Shown in pieces: positions 1 through 9,819 of a stretch of DNA of 64,000 nucleotides (its first letter is position 1; each line of letters opens with the position of its first letter). The notes under the pieces were generated by a model. It saw nothing but the letters and a program-made list of their open reading frames with translations. It ran no database searches and was not told the DNA's origin. The position numbers were made by a program, and so were the translations under genes. The stretch is from contig OZ244070.1 of NCBI GenBank assembly GCA_965215605.1, forward strand, positions 3,199,424-3,263,423, in the 5' to 3' direction. This DNA comes from an uncultured Candidatus Binatia bacterium (GTDB lineage Bacteria; Desulfobacterota; Binatia; UBA9968; JAJDTQ01).

Positions 1-41
1 ATCGAGAAGATCCGGAAGCACTCCCGCGCGCTTCACTGAGA

Positions 42-64
42 GCGGCGGATTGCAAACCCGCCGC
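42..64. terminator. GC-rich hairpin between convergent gene ends (GCGGCGG-N9-CCGCCGC)
   Basis: A perfect 7-bp inverted repeat sits between the stop of a partial + strand ORF (ends at 39) and the stop of the minus-strand radical SAM gene (76). No clear T-run. Confidence 0.3.
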
Positions 65-75
65 CCTTCCTTGTT

Positions 76-2103
76 CTATTGAAAGGCTCTGATGTAGGCC
101 CGTTGCACCCTCTCGACCCGGCTGGTGTACAGCAGGCCGAGGCGGGCGAACGCTTCCAGGGCGGCGCCGTCCCCCTGGTCCACGGGGAAATGGACCACCT
201 GGCGAAACCGCTTGATTTCCTTCTGGGACTCTTCGGTCAGGTGGTCCACCGCCTGTTGCAACTCCTCGCGGCCCTTCAGCACCTTGTTGAGGATGGGCAG
301 CACCAGCACGTCGGCCCTGTCCTGGATGCGTGACAGGGCGGCGCTCGCCACCGGCACCACGTCGATGTCGAGGTCCGACAGGAAGTGGCTCAACCGCTGG
401 CCCACGTTGTCTTTCAGGAACGCTTCCGGCACCGCCACGGCGTGGCGCAGCCGCCGCCGCATCCACCGCCAGCGTATGGCGCCGGGGTATACTTCGCGTT
501 TGAGCTTCCTCAGGTAGTCCTTGCTCAGCTCGCCCCAGGTCTGCTCCACCGCGGCGCTTTCCACGAAAGGCTCGCCGGCCACCGTCTCGGGATCGCCGTG
601 GGCTTTGTCCACGTAGTCGTGGAAGTGCTTCTCCGAGATCATGTAGCTGATGGCGTAGTCCAGCTTCTCGAAGCTGGGGCGGGGCCACATGATGTTCCGC
701 AGGGTCTTGAGAAAGAAACGGCGCCGGGCACGGTCGGTGGTGAAGATGTAGTGCCGGAAAGTGTTGGCCAGTATGCCGAGGACCTCCCGATCGATCTTGC
801 TTCCCCGGCCCCGGCGCACGTACTCCGGCCGGAATGCCTTCACCCCGGTGGCCAGCCGCGCGCCGTAGTTTTCGTACTTGTAGAGGCTCCGAATCAGCCA
901 GTTGTAGCCCTGCTGGACCTGCTCGACGGTCATCAGCTTGGGCACGAAGTTCAGGTCCGCGGAGCCGTGCCCCTTCATCTGCGCGGAGTCGTAGGGGATC
1001 AGCCGGCCTTCCTTCTCCAGGCGTTCGTAGAGCGGCGTCTTCTCGATGGCGGTCAGCACGCCGCTGGTGGTGAAGGCGATGCCGGCTTCCTGGAGGAAGT
1101 CGAACTGCTCCTTGAAGATGTCGGTGTCGTCGTTGTCGAAGCCGACGATCATGCCCGCCAGGATCGCCATGTTGTGGGACTGGATCTTGCGGATGCTCTC
1201 CATCAGCGGCGAGGTGGTGTTCTGCCGCTTCTGGGTCTCGGTGAGGCTCGCCACCCGCGGCGACTCGATGCCCAGGAACATGCTGGTGAAGTTGGCGTCG
1301 TGCAGCAACTGGAGCAGCCTGGGCTTCTCCGCCACGTTGATGGTCATCTCCGCCGAGAAATTGATGGGATAGTTGTTGGCGCGGCCGTATTCCGCCACTG
1401 CGGTCAGCAACTCCTCGGCGTAGCGCATGTTGCCGATGAGGTTGGCATCCGAGAAGCTGATGTGTATGCCGCCGACGGACTCCACCGCCCGGATTTCCGC
1501 CAGCACCTGATCCACGTTCTTGGTGCGCGGCACCCGGCCGTCGGTGATGATGATGTCGCAGAACTCGCACTTGAAGGGACAGCCCCGGGTGGTCTGCAGG
1601 AAGTAGTAGAGGTAATCGTCACGGGGGGCCAGATCCACCCGCGGCACCGGCGAGAGCGTGATGTCGACGTTGCCTTCCTGCTTGTAGAGAGCCTGGTGAC
1701 TGCCCGACCGGAGGTCGTCGCAGAACTGCGGCCAGGTGATCTCCACTTCGCCGTCAAAGACCACGTCGAAGAGCCCGTCGGTGAAGCGCTCGGGACACAG
1801 GGAGGGGTACGGGCCGCCCGCCACCACCATCTTCCCGCGCTTCCGGAACGCTTCCGCGATACGCCGGGCGCGGCCGTACTGGATGCTCCAGCAGGCAATG
1901 GCCACCACGTCGGCATCGGTTTCGAAATCGAGCGGCTTGACGTTCTCGTCCTGCAGCTCCACGTCGAAGTCCGGCGGCGTCAGGGCGGCCACGGTGAGGA
2001 GCCCCAGCGGCGTCTGCGCGCAACGCTGCGGCAGGATGTCGGTGATGCCGGTCAGCCGCCACAGCGAGTTCGGAAAGCGCGGATTGACGAACAGTATTTT
2101 CAT
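76..2103 (-). CDS. B12-binding domain radical SAM protein (long C-terminal extension)
   Basis: 675-aa ORF. The N-terminus MKILFVNPRFP...LGLLTVAALTPP looks like a B12-binding domain. The Cx3Cx2C motif TTRGCPFKCEFCDI is typical of radical SAM enzymes. Confidence 0.85.
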   Translation of the reverse strand: MKILFVNPRFPNSLWRLTGITDILPQRCAQTPLGLLTVAALTPPDFDVELQDENVKPLDFETDADVVAIACWSIQYGRARRIAEAFRKRGKMVVAGGPYPSLCPERFTDGLFDVVFDGEVEITWPQFCDDLRSGSHQALYKQEGNVDITLSPVPRVDLAPRDDYLYYFLQTTRGCPFKCEFCDIIITDGRVPRTKNVDQVLAEIRAVESVGGIHISFSDANLIGNMRYAEELLTAVAEYGRANNYPINFSAEMTINVAEKPRLLQLLHDANFTSMFLGIESPRVASLTETQKRQNTTSPLMESIRKIQSHNMAILAGMIVGFDNDDTDIFKEQFDFLQEAGIAFTTSGVLTAIEKTPLYERLEKEGRLIPYDSAQMKGHGSADLNFVPKLMTVEQVQQGYNWLIRSLYKYENYGARLATGVKAFRPEYVRRGRGSKIDREVLGILANTFRHYIFTTDRARRRFFLKTLRNIMWPRPSFEKLDYAISYMISEKHFHDYVDKAHGDPETVAGEPFVESAAVEQTWGELSKDYLRKLKREVYPGAIRWRWMRRRLRHAVAVPEAFLKDNVGQRLSHFLSDLDIDVVPVASAALSRIQDRADVLVLPILNKVLKGREELQQAVDHLTEESQKEIKRFRQVVHFPVDQGDGAALEAFARLGLLYTSRVERVQRAYIRAFQ

Positions 2104-2299
2104 GGCGTTAAACTCCTCGAAGAGTCGATGCTCCTGTTTCGCTCCGTGGTTTCCCTTTTGTTCCTGGGGCGGTTTAGTGATAACCTGCGCCGAGACGCGG
2201 TCAAATCATACAATAGACTGAATTTACGCCACGTTAACAGCCGTCCGATGGCGATGTCAAGATCGATTTGCCGTTTCTCCCTCAACGCCGCCGATATCC

Positions 2300-2977
2300 A
2301 TGATTCAGCTCCACAACGTCTCCAAGCTCTACCCTCCGGACAACACCGGGGTCCGGGACATCGGGTTCCAGGTGGAGGACGGGGAGTTCGTGTTCCTGTG
2401 CGGCCCCAGCGGGGCCGGCAAGACCACCTTGCTGCGGCTGCTGTTCCGTTCCGAGCAGGCCACCGAGGGCCAGGTCATCGTCAACGGGCGGAATATCACG
2501 CGCCTGAAAGGCAAGGGCCTTGCGGCCTTCAGGCAGCGGCTGGGGCTGGTGTTCCAGGACTTCAAGCTGATCCCGCACATGAACGCGCTGGAAAACGTGT
2601 CGCTGGCCGCGGACGTCACCGGCGTTTCCTGGCGCCAGAGCCGCCGCAAGGCCTTTGCGCTCCTGTCCGAGCTCGGCTTGAAGGAGAAGTACGGGACGCT
2701 GCCGCCCGCCCTCTCGGGCGGCGAACAGCAGCGCGTGGCCATTGCCCGCGCGCTGGTGAACGATCCGGAACTGGTGCTGGCCGACGAGCCCACCGGAAAC
2801 CTGGACCCGGAGATGGCCGACGACACCATGCGGTTGTTCGCCCGAATCCAGCGGCGGGGAACCACCGTGCTCGTCGCCACCCACGACCCCCGTCTCCTGC
2901 GGCGCTTCGAGGGCCGTGTGCTGATGATGCGCCAGGGGCGTCTGATCGGTGAGCAACACACGGCCGGGGCGCGATGA
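2300..2977 (+). CDS. ftsE: Cell division ABC transporter ATP-binding protein FtsE
   Basis: Walker A GPSGAGKTT, ABC signature LSGGEQQRVAIARA and Walker B LVLADEPTGNLD. The stop overlaps the downstream ftsX start (ATGA). Confidence 0.9.
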   Translation: MIQLHNVSKLYPPDNTGVRDIGFQVEDGEFVFLCGPSGAGKTTLLRLLFRSEQATEGQVIVNGRNITRLKGKGLAAFRQRLGLVFQDFKLIPHMNALENVSLAADVTGVSWRQSRRKAFALLSELGLKEKYGTLPPALSGGEQQRVAIARALVNDPELVLADEPTGNLDPEMADDTMRLFARIQRRGTTVLVATHDPRLLRRFEGRVLMMRQGRLIGEQHTAGAR

Positions 2978-3870
2978 AGTCGGCCCACGTCGTTTTCGTG
3001 GCCGGCCGCGTGGCCAGGAGTCTGCGGGAGCTGTTCTGGACGCATCTCCTGACCGCCGGCATCGTCGCCATGACCCTCTCGGTGTTCGGCGGTTTCCTGC
3101 TGCTTCAGGACAATGTGCGCGGATTGGTGAGGGGCTGGAGCGACGAGATCCAGGTGTTCGTCTACCTGGGCGACGGCGTCGACCCGGCCGCCGGGGAGGC
3201 CCTCCGGGCCAGGCTGGCGGCTTTGCCGGAGGTGAAGGCCGCGCGTTACGTCTCCAAGGCGCGCGCCTGGGATGAGTTCGGGAAGACGCTGGGATCGCAG
3301 TCCGGGATCCTGGAGGGCCTGGACCCGCGGATGTTGCCGGCGTCCGTCGACCTCGAGCTGCGGTCCGGTCACCGCTCGCGCGAAGCCGTGTTGGGGCTGG
3401 TGCGCCGTGTGGCTGTCCTGGAAGGGGTCGAGGAGGTGGAGTACCCGGAGACGTGGCTCGAAAAGATGCGGCTCCTGCTGGCGGCCGTCGAATGGCTGAA
3501 GTGGGTGGTCGGCGGGTTTCTTTTCCTGGTGGCCTTCCTGATCGTCGGCGGCACCATCAAGCTCGCCATCGTCGCGCGGCAGGACGAGATCGAGATCATG
3601 CAGTTGGTGGGGGCCCCCGCCGGCCTGATCAAGGCCCCTTTCGTCATCGAGGGAATGGTTCAGGGGCTGGCGGGGGCCGGATTGGCCGTGGCCTTGCTGC
3701 GGGCGGCGTTCTCGCTGCTGACGGCGGACCTTCTGGCCCCTTTCGGCGCGCTGGTGGCGGGTGAGCAGTTGGTGTTCCTGGACGTCTCCCAGCACGTCCG
3801 TCTCGCTCTCATGGGCTGGCTGCTGGGGACCGCCGGGAGTATGCTGTCGGTGAAGCGGTATTTGGCGTGA
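2974..3870 (+). CDS. ftsX: Cell division permease-like protein FtsX
   Basis: 298-aa membrane protein directly coupled to ftsE. One N-terminal TM helix, a periplasmic loop and three C-terminal TM helices (FtsX topology). Confidence 0.85.
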   Translation: MKSAHVVFVAGRVARSLRELFWTHLLTAGIVAMTLSVFGGFLLLQDNVRGLVRGWSDEIQVFVYLGDGVDPAAGEALRARLAALPEVKAARYVSKARAWDEFGKTLGSQSGILEGLDPRMLPASVDLELRSGHRSREAVLGLVRRVAVLEGVEEVEYPETWLEKMRLLLAAVEWLKWVVGGFLFLVAFLIVGGTIKLAIVARQDEIEIMQLVGAPAGLIKAPFVIEGMVQGLAGAGLAVALLRAAFSLLTADLLAPFGALVAGEQLVFLDVSQHVRLALMGWLLGTAGSMLSVKRYLA

Positions 3871-3909
3871 CGCCGTCACCGCCGCAGGAAGGTTTTCGCG
3901 AAACCGGTC

Positions 3910-5067
3910 ATGAATGCCAACCGTATCAGCCGCCGCGTCGTGGCCGTGGCGGGGCTTTGCCTCTCTTTCGCGTGCCTCGGACCCGCCGGGGCGGAAGAGG
4001 CCGGCGAATTGGAGGAGTTGAGGCAGCGCATCCGGCAGGGCCAGGCGGCGCTCGAAAGAGTACGGCGCGGGGAGTCTTCGGTCCTGGAGGTTCTGGACGA
4101 GATAGGGGGCGCGCTGGATCGCAAGAGCGGGCGGCTCGAGACCCTGAATTCGCGTCTGCGGCAGCGCCGGCGGGACGTGGCAGCGGCGGAGGCGGCGGCC
4201 GGCGAGGCCTGGGCGGCCTTCGAGGAAGGACGGCGGGCCCTTGCCGGCAGGGCGCGGGCGCTCTACCGGTGGCAGCGGGCGGGGACCCCGTTCGTGCTTC
4301 TCAACGGCGAGTTCTCGGTGACCGAGCTGATGCGGCGCAAGCGGCACCTGGAGAACATGCTTTCCCGGGACCACGCGCTCATACGGCGGCTCTCACGCAA
4401 CGTCCGCCGCAGCCGGGACCTCCGAGCGGCGGTGACGGCCAGGCGGCGGGAGCTTGCGGAGGAGCGCGACGCCGTTGCCGCGTTGCGCGGCGAGCTCGCC
4501 AGGGAAAGGGCGCGCAAGCAGGAGACCCTCGCCGTCCTGCGACGCGAGCGCGAGTTCCAGGCCCGGACGTTGACCGAGCTGGAGCAGGCCGCCCGCCGTC
4601 TCGCGGGGATCATCGACGGTTCCGAGAAGAGCCGCGGGCCGGTTGTGGGCCCGGCGCCGGGCCTCCCGGCCGCCGGCCGGGGGCTGGAGCTTCCGGTGAC
4701 GGGCAGGATCGTGAGCGGATTCGGCATCCATAAACACCCGGATCTGAACGTCGACGTACACCGTCCCGGGATCGACATCGCAGCGCCCGCGGGCGCCGAG
4801 ATCCGGGCCGTGGAACGCGGCAGGGTGCTGTTCGCCGATCGGCTGCCGGGCTACGGGCGGATGCTCATCATCGATCACGGCAAGCGTCACTATACGGTCT
4901 ACGGGCACCTCTCGAAGCTCGACAAGGGGGTCGGGGACCGGGTGGAGCGGGGCCAGCGGATCGCTTGGGTGGGGGACGGCTCGGCGTCCGGACAGTCGCG
5001 GCTCTACTTCGAGGTCCGGAAGAACGGCAAGCCGGTGGACCCGGCTCCCTGGTTCCGCCGGTCGTAG
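3910..5067 (+). CDS. envC: EnvC-like murein hydrolase activator (coiled coil plus M23/LytM domain)
   Basis: Signal peptide, a long R/E/A-rich coiled coil and a C-terminal LytM-type domain (GIDIAAPAGAEIRAV...GYGRMLIIDHG...YGHL). It lies downstream of ftsEX, as envC does. Confidence 0.75.
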   Translation: MNANRISRRVVAVAGLCLSFACLGPAGAEEAGELEELRQRIRQGQAALERVRRGESSVLEVLDEIGGALDRKSGRLETLNSRLRQRRRDVAAAEAAAGEAWAAFEEGRRALAGRARALYRWQRAGTPFVLLNGEFSVTELMRRKRHLENMLSRDHALIRRLSRNVRRSRDLRAAVTARRRELAEERDAVAALRGELARERARKQETLAVLRREREFQARTLTELEQAARRLAGIIDGSEKSRGPVVGPAPGLPAAGRGLELPVTGRIVSGFGIHKHPDLNVDVHRPGIDIAAPAGAEIRAVERGRVLFADRLPGYGRMLIIDHGKRHYTVYGHLSKLDKGVGDRVERGQRIAWVGDGSASGQSRLYFEVRKNGKPVDPAPWFRRS

Positions 5068-5085
5068 TGTGGTGTCTCACAAACA
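5065..5085 (+). repeat. Short intergenic repeat TAGTGTGGTGTCTCACAAACA (copy 1)
   Basis: The same 17-21-mer recurs inverted at 14938-14958 and truncated at 18853-18865. This copy overlaps the envC stop codon. Confidence 0.6.
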
Positions 5086-5169
5086 GGCCCCCGTGCGCGT
5101 TTGCGTCAGCGCCGGTTTGCGGAGCGGGTTCCAGGGCACTAGAATCAATCAGCCGGAGGAGACCATACG

Positions 5170-6480
5170 ATGAAGCTGTGGAATGGAAAACACCGGGTGC
5201 TTGGCTGGTTTCTGGCCCTGGGGTGGGTGCTGTTCGTCGCCGGGTTGCTGGTGCCGCGGGTTTCGGCGGTGGGGCCCGGCGGATACCGGAGCCTGGAAAC
5301 CTTCGCCAACATCCTCGCCATCGTCCAGCGGAACTACGTCAAGGAAGTGGAAACGGACAAGCTCGTCACCGGCGCCATCAAGGGCATGCTGGCCTCGCTG
5401 GATCCCCACAGCAGCTATTTGACGGAGGACGCGTACCAGGATCTCCAGACCGAGACCGAGGGTCGCTTCGGCGGCCTTGGACTGGAGATCACCATGCGCA
5501 ACGGCGTGCTGACCGTGGTGTCGCCCATCGAGGGCACCCCGGCCTCCCGCGCCGGCGTCCAGCCGGGCGACCAGATCGTCGGCATCGACGATCGGTCCAC
5601 CGAAGAGATGAGCCTCATTGACGCCGTCAAGCGGCTCCGGGGTCCCCGGGACTCCAGCGTCACGATCCGGGTGCGGCGAAAGGACCACGACAAGCTTTTG
5701 ACCTTCACCATCGTCCGCGACGTCATCGAGGTCAGCAGCGTGCGCGCCTACGTCCTGGAGCCGGGCTTCCTCTACGTGCGCATCGCGCAGTTCCAGGACC
5801 GCACCAGCGGGAACCTGGCCGCCGCCGTCATCAAGAACCAGCCCGCCGCCGGGTCGTTCAAGGGTCTCGTGCTCGACCTGCGCAACAACCCCGGAGGCTT
5901 GCTGAGTCAGGCCGTGCGGGTCTCGGACCTCTTCCTGGATTCGGGCCTGATCGTGTACACCGACGGGCGTCTGGACCAGCAGAAGCAGAAGTTCTCCGCC
6001 AACCGCCCCAACTCCAGGACCGATTTTCCGATGGTGGTGCTGGTGAACGGCGGCAGCGCCAGCGCTTCCGAGATCGTGGCCGGGGCGCTCCAGGACCACA
6101 AGCGCGCGCTGATCCTGGGCACGAAGACCTTCGGCAAGGGCTCCGTGCAGACGATTCTTCCGCTGGACGACCGTTCGGCGCTTCGGCTGACCACGGCGGA
6201 GTACTTCACGCCCAACGGCCGGTCGATCCACGAGACCGGCATTCAGCCGGACATCGTCATGGAACGAAGCGCGCCGGCGGCGCCCGCCGTGAGCGCGGAA
6301 GGGGCCCAGGGGAAGAGCCCCGGGGAAGCCCCGCCGAAGGCGGCTCCCGGCGGTAGCGCCGAACCCCCGGACAGCATCGCGCAGAGGGTCAAGAACGATC
6401 CCCATGTGGCCCGGGCGCTGGAGCTGCTCAAGGGCTGGGAGATGTTCCGCGGGCTCGCCGGGTCGGGCAAGGCCACCTGA
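5170..6480 (+). CDS. S41 family carboxy-terminal processing peptidase (Ctp/Prc-like)
   Basis: N-terminal TM/signal, a PDZ-like segment (GLGLEITMRNGVLTVVSPIEGTPASRAGVQPGDQIVGID) and an S41 catalytic region (LVNGGSASASEIVAGALQD...GTKTFGKGSVQ). Confidence 0.85.
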   Translation: MKLWNGKHRVLGWFLALGWVLFVAGLLVPRVSAVGPGGYRSLETFANILAIVQRNYVKEVETDKLVTGAIKGMLASLDPHSSYLTEDAYQDLQTETEGRFGGLGLEITMRNGVLTVVSPIEGTPASRAGVQPGDQIVGIDDRSTEEMSLIDAVKRLRGPRDSSVTIRVRRKDHDKLLTFTIVRDVIEVSSVRAYVLEPGFLYVRIAQFQDRTSGNLAAAVIKNQPAAGSFKGLVLDLRNNPGGLLSQAVRVSDLFLDSGLIVYTDGRLDQQKQKFSANRPNSRTDFPMVVLVNGGSASASEIVAGALQDHKRALILGTKTFGKGSVQTILPLDDRSALRLTTAEYFTPNGRSIHETGIQPDIVMERSAPAAPAVSAEGAQGKSPGEAPPKAAPGGSAEPPDSIAQRVKNDPHVARALELLKGWEMFRGLAGSGKAT

Positions 6481-6493
6481 GGCGGACCGGTCG

Positions 6494-7723
6494 ATGTCCC
6501 GTCCCTTCGCTCGCGGCCCCGACGCCGGTCCGTCTTCGGTGCTTACGGTCGGCGAGCTGAACGAGATCATCCGGGATCGGCTGGAGACGGGACTCGGCGC
6601 GTTGTGGGTGGCGGGCGAGCTCTCCAACGTGCGTTTCCCTCCGTCCGGACACGTCTACTTCACCCTCAAGGACGCTCAGTCGCAGATATCCGCGGTGCTG
6701 TTCCGCCGCCACGCCGAGAGCCTGCGGTTCCGTCTGGAAGACGGCATGCAGGTGGTCTGCTCCGGACGCGTGGGGCTGTACACGGTGCGGGGCGCGCTCC
6801 AGTTCTATGCCGTCGAGATGGAAGCCCGGGGCAAGGGCGCGTTGACGGCCGCCTTCGAGCAGTTGAAGAAGAGGCTCTTGCAGGAAGGGTTGTTCGACCA
6901 GGAACGCAAGCAGCCGCTGCCGTTCCTGCCGCGGACGGTGGGGATCGTCACGTCGCTTCAGGGCGCGGCGGTCCGGGACATGCTGCGCATCATCGGCGAC
7001 CGGTTCCCGGACCGCCGGGTGGTGATCCGGCCGGCGCGGGTGCAGGGACCGGGGTCCGCGGAAGAGATCGCCCAGGCGATCCGCGAGCTCGATGAGAGCG
7101 GCATGATCGACGTCATGATCGTGGGCCGGGGCGGCGGTTCGCTGGAGGACCTCTGGGCCTTCAACGAGGAAGCGGTGGCCCGCGCCATGCACGCCGCGGC
7201 GGTTCCGGTCGTCTCCGCGGTAGGGCACGAGATCGACGTCACCATCGCGGACTTCGTTGCGGACCGGCGCGCGGCCACGCCCACGGCGGCGGCCGAGATG
7301 GTCGTGCCGGACAGAAACGGACTGGCGGAGCACGTGGGGTTGCTGGCGCGGCGCCTGCACCGGGGCACGGCCGGCCGGCTGGAGCGCCAGCGGGAGGGCC
7401 TGCGGCATTGGGCCCGCCGGCTGGCCGATCCCAGCCGGGGCCTGCGCCAAGGGCAGATGCGTCTGGACGATCTCTCGCTGCGGTTGCGGCGCCGTCAGGA
7501 GGATTCGGTGTCGAGGCTGAGAGAGCGCCTGGGCCACCTCGCGGGAAGACTGGAAAGCGTGAACCCGCTGGCGGTCCTGAGGCGCGGCTACAGCATCGTG
7601 TACCGGGTTTCCGACGGCAGCATCGTTACGGACGCTTCGTCCCTGCGAAAGGGTCATCAGGTGCGCGTGGACTTCGCCGCCGGGCGGGCGACATGCCGGG
7701 TGGAAGACGTGGAGGAGTGCTAG
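6494..7723 (+). CDS. xseA: Exodeoxyribonuclease VII large subunit
   Basis: VGELNEIIRDRLE...LWVAGELSNV...SGHVYFTLKD OB-fold N-terminus and the RGGGSLEDLWAFNEE motif. The start was moved to the internal ATG at 6494, because the longer ORF overlaps the ctp 3' end. Confidence 0.9.
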   Translation: MSRPFARGPDAGPSSVLTVGELNEIIRDRLETGLGALWVAGELSNVRFPPSGHVYFTLKDAQSQISAVLFRRHAESLRFRLEDGMQVVCSGRVGLYTVRGALQFYAVEMEARGKGALTAAFEQLKKRLLQEGLFDQERKQPLPFLPRTVGIVTSLQGAAVRDMLRIIGDRFPDRRVVIRPARVQGPGSAEEIAQAIRELDESGMIDVMIVGRGGGSLEDLWAFNEEAVARAMHAAAVPVVSAVGHEIDVTIADFVADRRAATPTAAAEMVVPDRNGLAEHVGLLARRLHRGTAGRLERQREGLRHWARRLADPSRGLRQGQMRLDDLSLRLRRRQEDSVSRLRERLGHLAGRLESVNPLAVLRRGYSIVYRVSDGSIVTDASSLRKGHQVRVDFAAGRATCRVEDVEEC

Positions 7724-7792
7724 GGCCGGAATTTGACCCGCCCGCCGCCGCATGACGCTGTCGGCCGATGGGTCCGCAAGGGAGGAGTCAGG

Positions 7793-8065
7793 ATGTCTCG
7801 GGAAGAGCGGGCGCCGCAGGACGGCGCCCATGAGGACAAGAGCTTCGAGGAGTGTCTTCGGGCCCTCGAAGCAGTGGTGGAACGCATCGAGAGCGGGGAA
7901 CTGAACCTTGAAGAATCGCTGGCGACCTTCGAGGAGGGAGTCGGGCTGGTCCAGTCCTGCAACCGCAAGCTGAGCGAGGTGGAGCGCCGGATCGAGGTGC
8001 TGACCAAGGACCCGGACGGCCGCCCCAGGCTGCAGGAATGGACGGAGGAGGAGGCTCCCGACTAG
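7793..8065 (+). CDS. xseB: Exodeoxyribonuclease VII small subunit
   Basis: SFEECLRALEAVVERIESGELNLEESLATFEEGVGLVQSCNRKL is a typical XseB sequence. GGAG RBS before the ATG at 7793. It follows xseA. Confidence 0.85.
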   Translation: MSREERAPQDGAHEDKSFEECLRALEAVVERIESGELNLEESLATFEEGVGLVQSCNRKLSEVERRIEVLTKDPDGRPRLQEWTEEEAPD

Positions 8066-8095
8066 GCCGCCGGGACCGGGCGCCTAGAGAACGTC

Positions 8096-8914
8096 ATGTC
8101 CGTCGCGAAAGAGCCGGAGGCGCGAAAGGCTTCGCGCAAGGAACGTCTCGACCGTGTGCTGGTGGACGCGTCCCTGTGCCGAAGCCGCGAAGAGGCCCAA
8201 AGGTACATCCTGGCGGGAGCCGTGCTGGTGGACGACGTGCCCGTCACCAAGGCGGGCGCGCTGATAAGACGCGATTCCCGGGTACGGGTCAAGGCTTCCT
8301 CGCGTTACGCCAGCCGCGGCGGAGAGAAGCTCGAGGCGGCCCTGGAGCATTACGGCGTGAAGGCGGCAGGCAGGGTGGCGCTGGACGTGGGAGCTTCCAC
8401 CGGCGGTTTCACGGATTGCCTGCTCGCTCACGGCGCGATGCGTGTCCACGCCGTGGACGTGGGTTACGGGCAACTCGAGTGGCGGCTCCGGCAAGACCCC
8501 CGCGTGGTCGTGCTGGAGCGGACCAATATCCGCCGTCTCGAGCCCGGCGCGTTGGGCGAGGAGCCGGACCTCGCCGTCGTGGACGTCTCCTTCATATCGC
8601 TGCGGCTGGTCCTCCCGCGCGTGTGCGGTCTGCTGTCCCGCCCGTTCGACGTCATGGCGCTCATCAAGCCCCAGTTCGAGGTGGGCAGGGGCAAGGTCGG
8701 CAAAGGGGGGGTGGTACGTTCGGAACAGGAACACCGGCGCGTCATCGGCGAGATCGAGGAGGCGGTGGACGCGCTGGGGCTGACGCGGCGGCCGGTCTTC
8801 CAGTCGCCGCTGCTGGGGCCCAAGGGCAACCGGGAGTTCTTCATCCACTGCCGTTCGCGGGCCGTCCTGGGTCCCGATTCAAATGCCGTTGACGGGGTTG
8901 ACTTGGGTGACTGA
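8096..8914 (+). CDS. tlyA: TlyA family rRNA 2'-O-methyltransferase (S4 plus FtsJ domains)
   Basis: S4-like RLDRVLVD...SREEAQRYILAGAVLVD followed by the SAM-binding motif LDVGASTGGFTDCLL. Confidence 0.85.
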   Translation: MSVAKEPEARKASRKERLDRVLVDASLCRSREEAQRYILAGAVLVDDVPVTKAGALIRRDSRVRVKASSRYASRGGEKLEAALEHYGVKAAGRVALDVGASTGGFTDCLLAHGAMRVHAVDVGYGQLEWRLRQDPRVVVLERTNIRRLEPGALGEEPDLAVVDVSFISLRLVLPRVCGLLSRPFDVMALIKPQFEVGRGKVGKGGVVRSEQEHRRVIGEIEEAVDALGLTRRPVFQSPLLGPKGNREFFIHCRSRAVLGPDSNAVDGVDLGD

Positions 8915-8954
8915 TTGGCTATAGTTCGACTGACTCAAGGAGTGAACAAAGCCT

Positions 8955-9155
8955 ATGACAGGGGTTCGAATCAAGGACAACGAGTCCATCGAGAGCGCCA
9001 TCCGGCGTTTCAAGAAACAGTGCGAGAAAGCCGGAATCCTGGCGGAGTTGCGCAAGCGGGAACACTACGAAAAGCCTAGCGTCAAGCGGAAGAGGAAGGC
9101 CATCGCAGCCAAGAAGCGTGCCATGAAGCGGGCTCGAAGCCACCAGTGGTATTAG
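8955..9155 (+). CDS. rpsU: 30S ribosomal protein S21
   Basis: 66-aa basic protein containing [37 protein letters not shown]. It is first in the rpsU-dnaG-rpoD arrangement. Confidence 0.95.
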   Translation: MTGVRIKDNESIESAIRRFKKQCEKAGILAELRKREHYEKPSVKRKRKAIAAKKRAMKRARSHQWY

Positions 9156-9285
9156 CGGACTGCGACCAGAAGCTTGGGCACAACACAATGGCAGTGACTG
9201 GCCGAGTCTGATCGGAGAAGGGCCCATGAGGTTCGCGTTGGATCTCTTCCGGGTTCCGGAGACCGACAACTCCGAATAGGCCATT

Positions 9286-9819
9286 GTGAACATCGTCGAC
9301 GCAGTGTTGGCAGCGGTCCTTTGCGTGTTCGCCGTAAGGGGGTACATCAAGGGGCTGTTCCGGGAGGTATTCGCCTTGCTGGGCCTCGCGGGTGGCTTTA
9401 TCTTGTCCGTACGCTACTACGAACCGGTTTCGCTCTGGATCGATTTCTGGCCCTATTCGCCGCTCCTCCTCAAAGGCTTCGTTTTCGCGATTCTTTTCTT
9501 CCTCGTCTACATCGCCTTCAACTGGGTGGGGTTCAGGCTCCACCGGGCGGCCAACGTCTTTTTCCTCGGCGGGTTCGACCGGTTCGGGGGGGTGCTGGTG
9601 GGAGGCTCCAAGGGCGCGTTGTTTCTGGGGATCGGGCTGTTTTTCCTCGTCTCCCAGTCCTGGGTTCCCAGGGACTTTCAGCAGCAGTTCGGCACCGCGG
9701 CCCTGGTCGCTCCTCTGTTGGGCTTCGGGGCATGGGCGGTGACGAAGGGTCCCGGCTTGGCGTGGCCCGGCGCATCCGGAACGGATTCGATGCCGGGCGA
9801 CCCGCAACGCGGCGCATGA
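9286..9819 (+). CDS. cvpA: CvpA family membrane protein
   Basis: GTG start. 177-aa polytopic membrane protein beginning NIVDAVLAAVLCVFAVRGYIKGLFREV (CvpA-like). The stop overlaps the dnaG ATG. Confidence 0.7.
   Translation: MNIVDAVLAAVLCVFAVRGYIKGLFREVFALLGLAGGFILSVRYYEPVSLWIDFWPYSPLLLKGFVFAILFFLVYIAFNWVGFRLHRAANVFFLGGFDRFGGVLVGGSKGALFLGIGLFFLVSQSWVPRDFQQQFGTAALVAPLLGFGAWAVTKGPGLAWPGASGTDSMPGDPQRGA

Noticed and set aside
385-2952. Very long ORFs on the opposite strand or in alternative frames, for example 385-2952 (+), 2329-4374 (-), 19047-21833 (-), 19244-21946 (+), 31089-33671 (-), 39570-42326 (-) and 11072-13411 (-).
   Set aside because: They overlap genes with clear family motifs. Their translations are R/G/P/A-rich low-complexity sequence typical of shadow ORFs in high-GC DNA, and no motif is recognisable.
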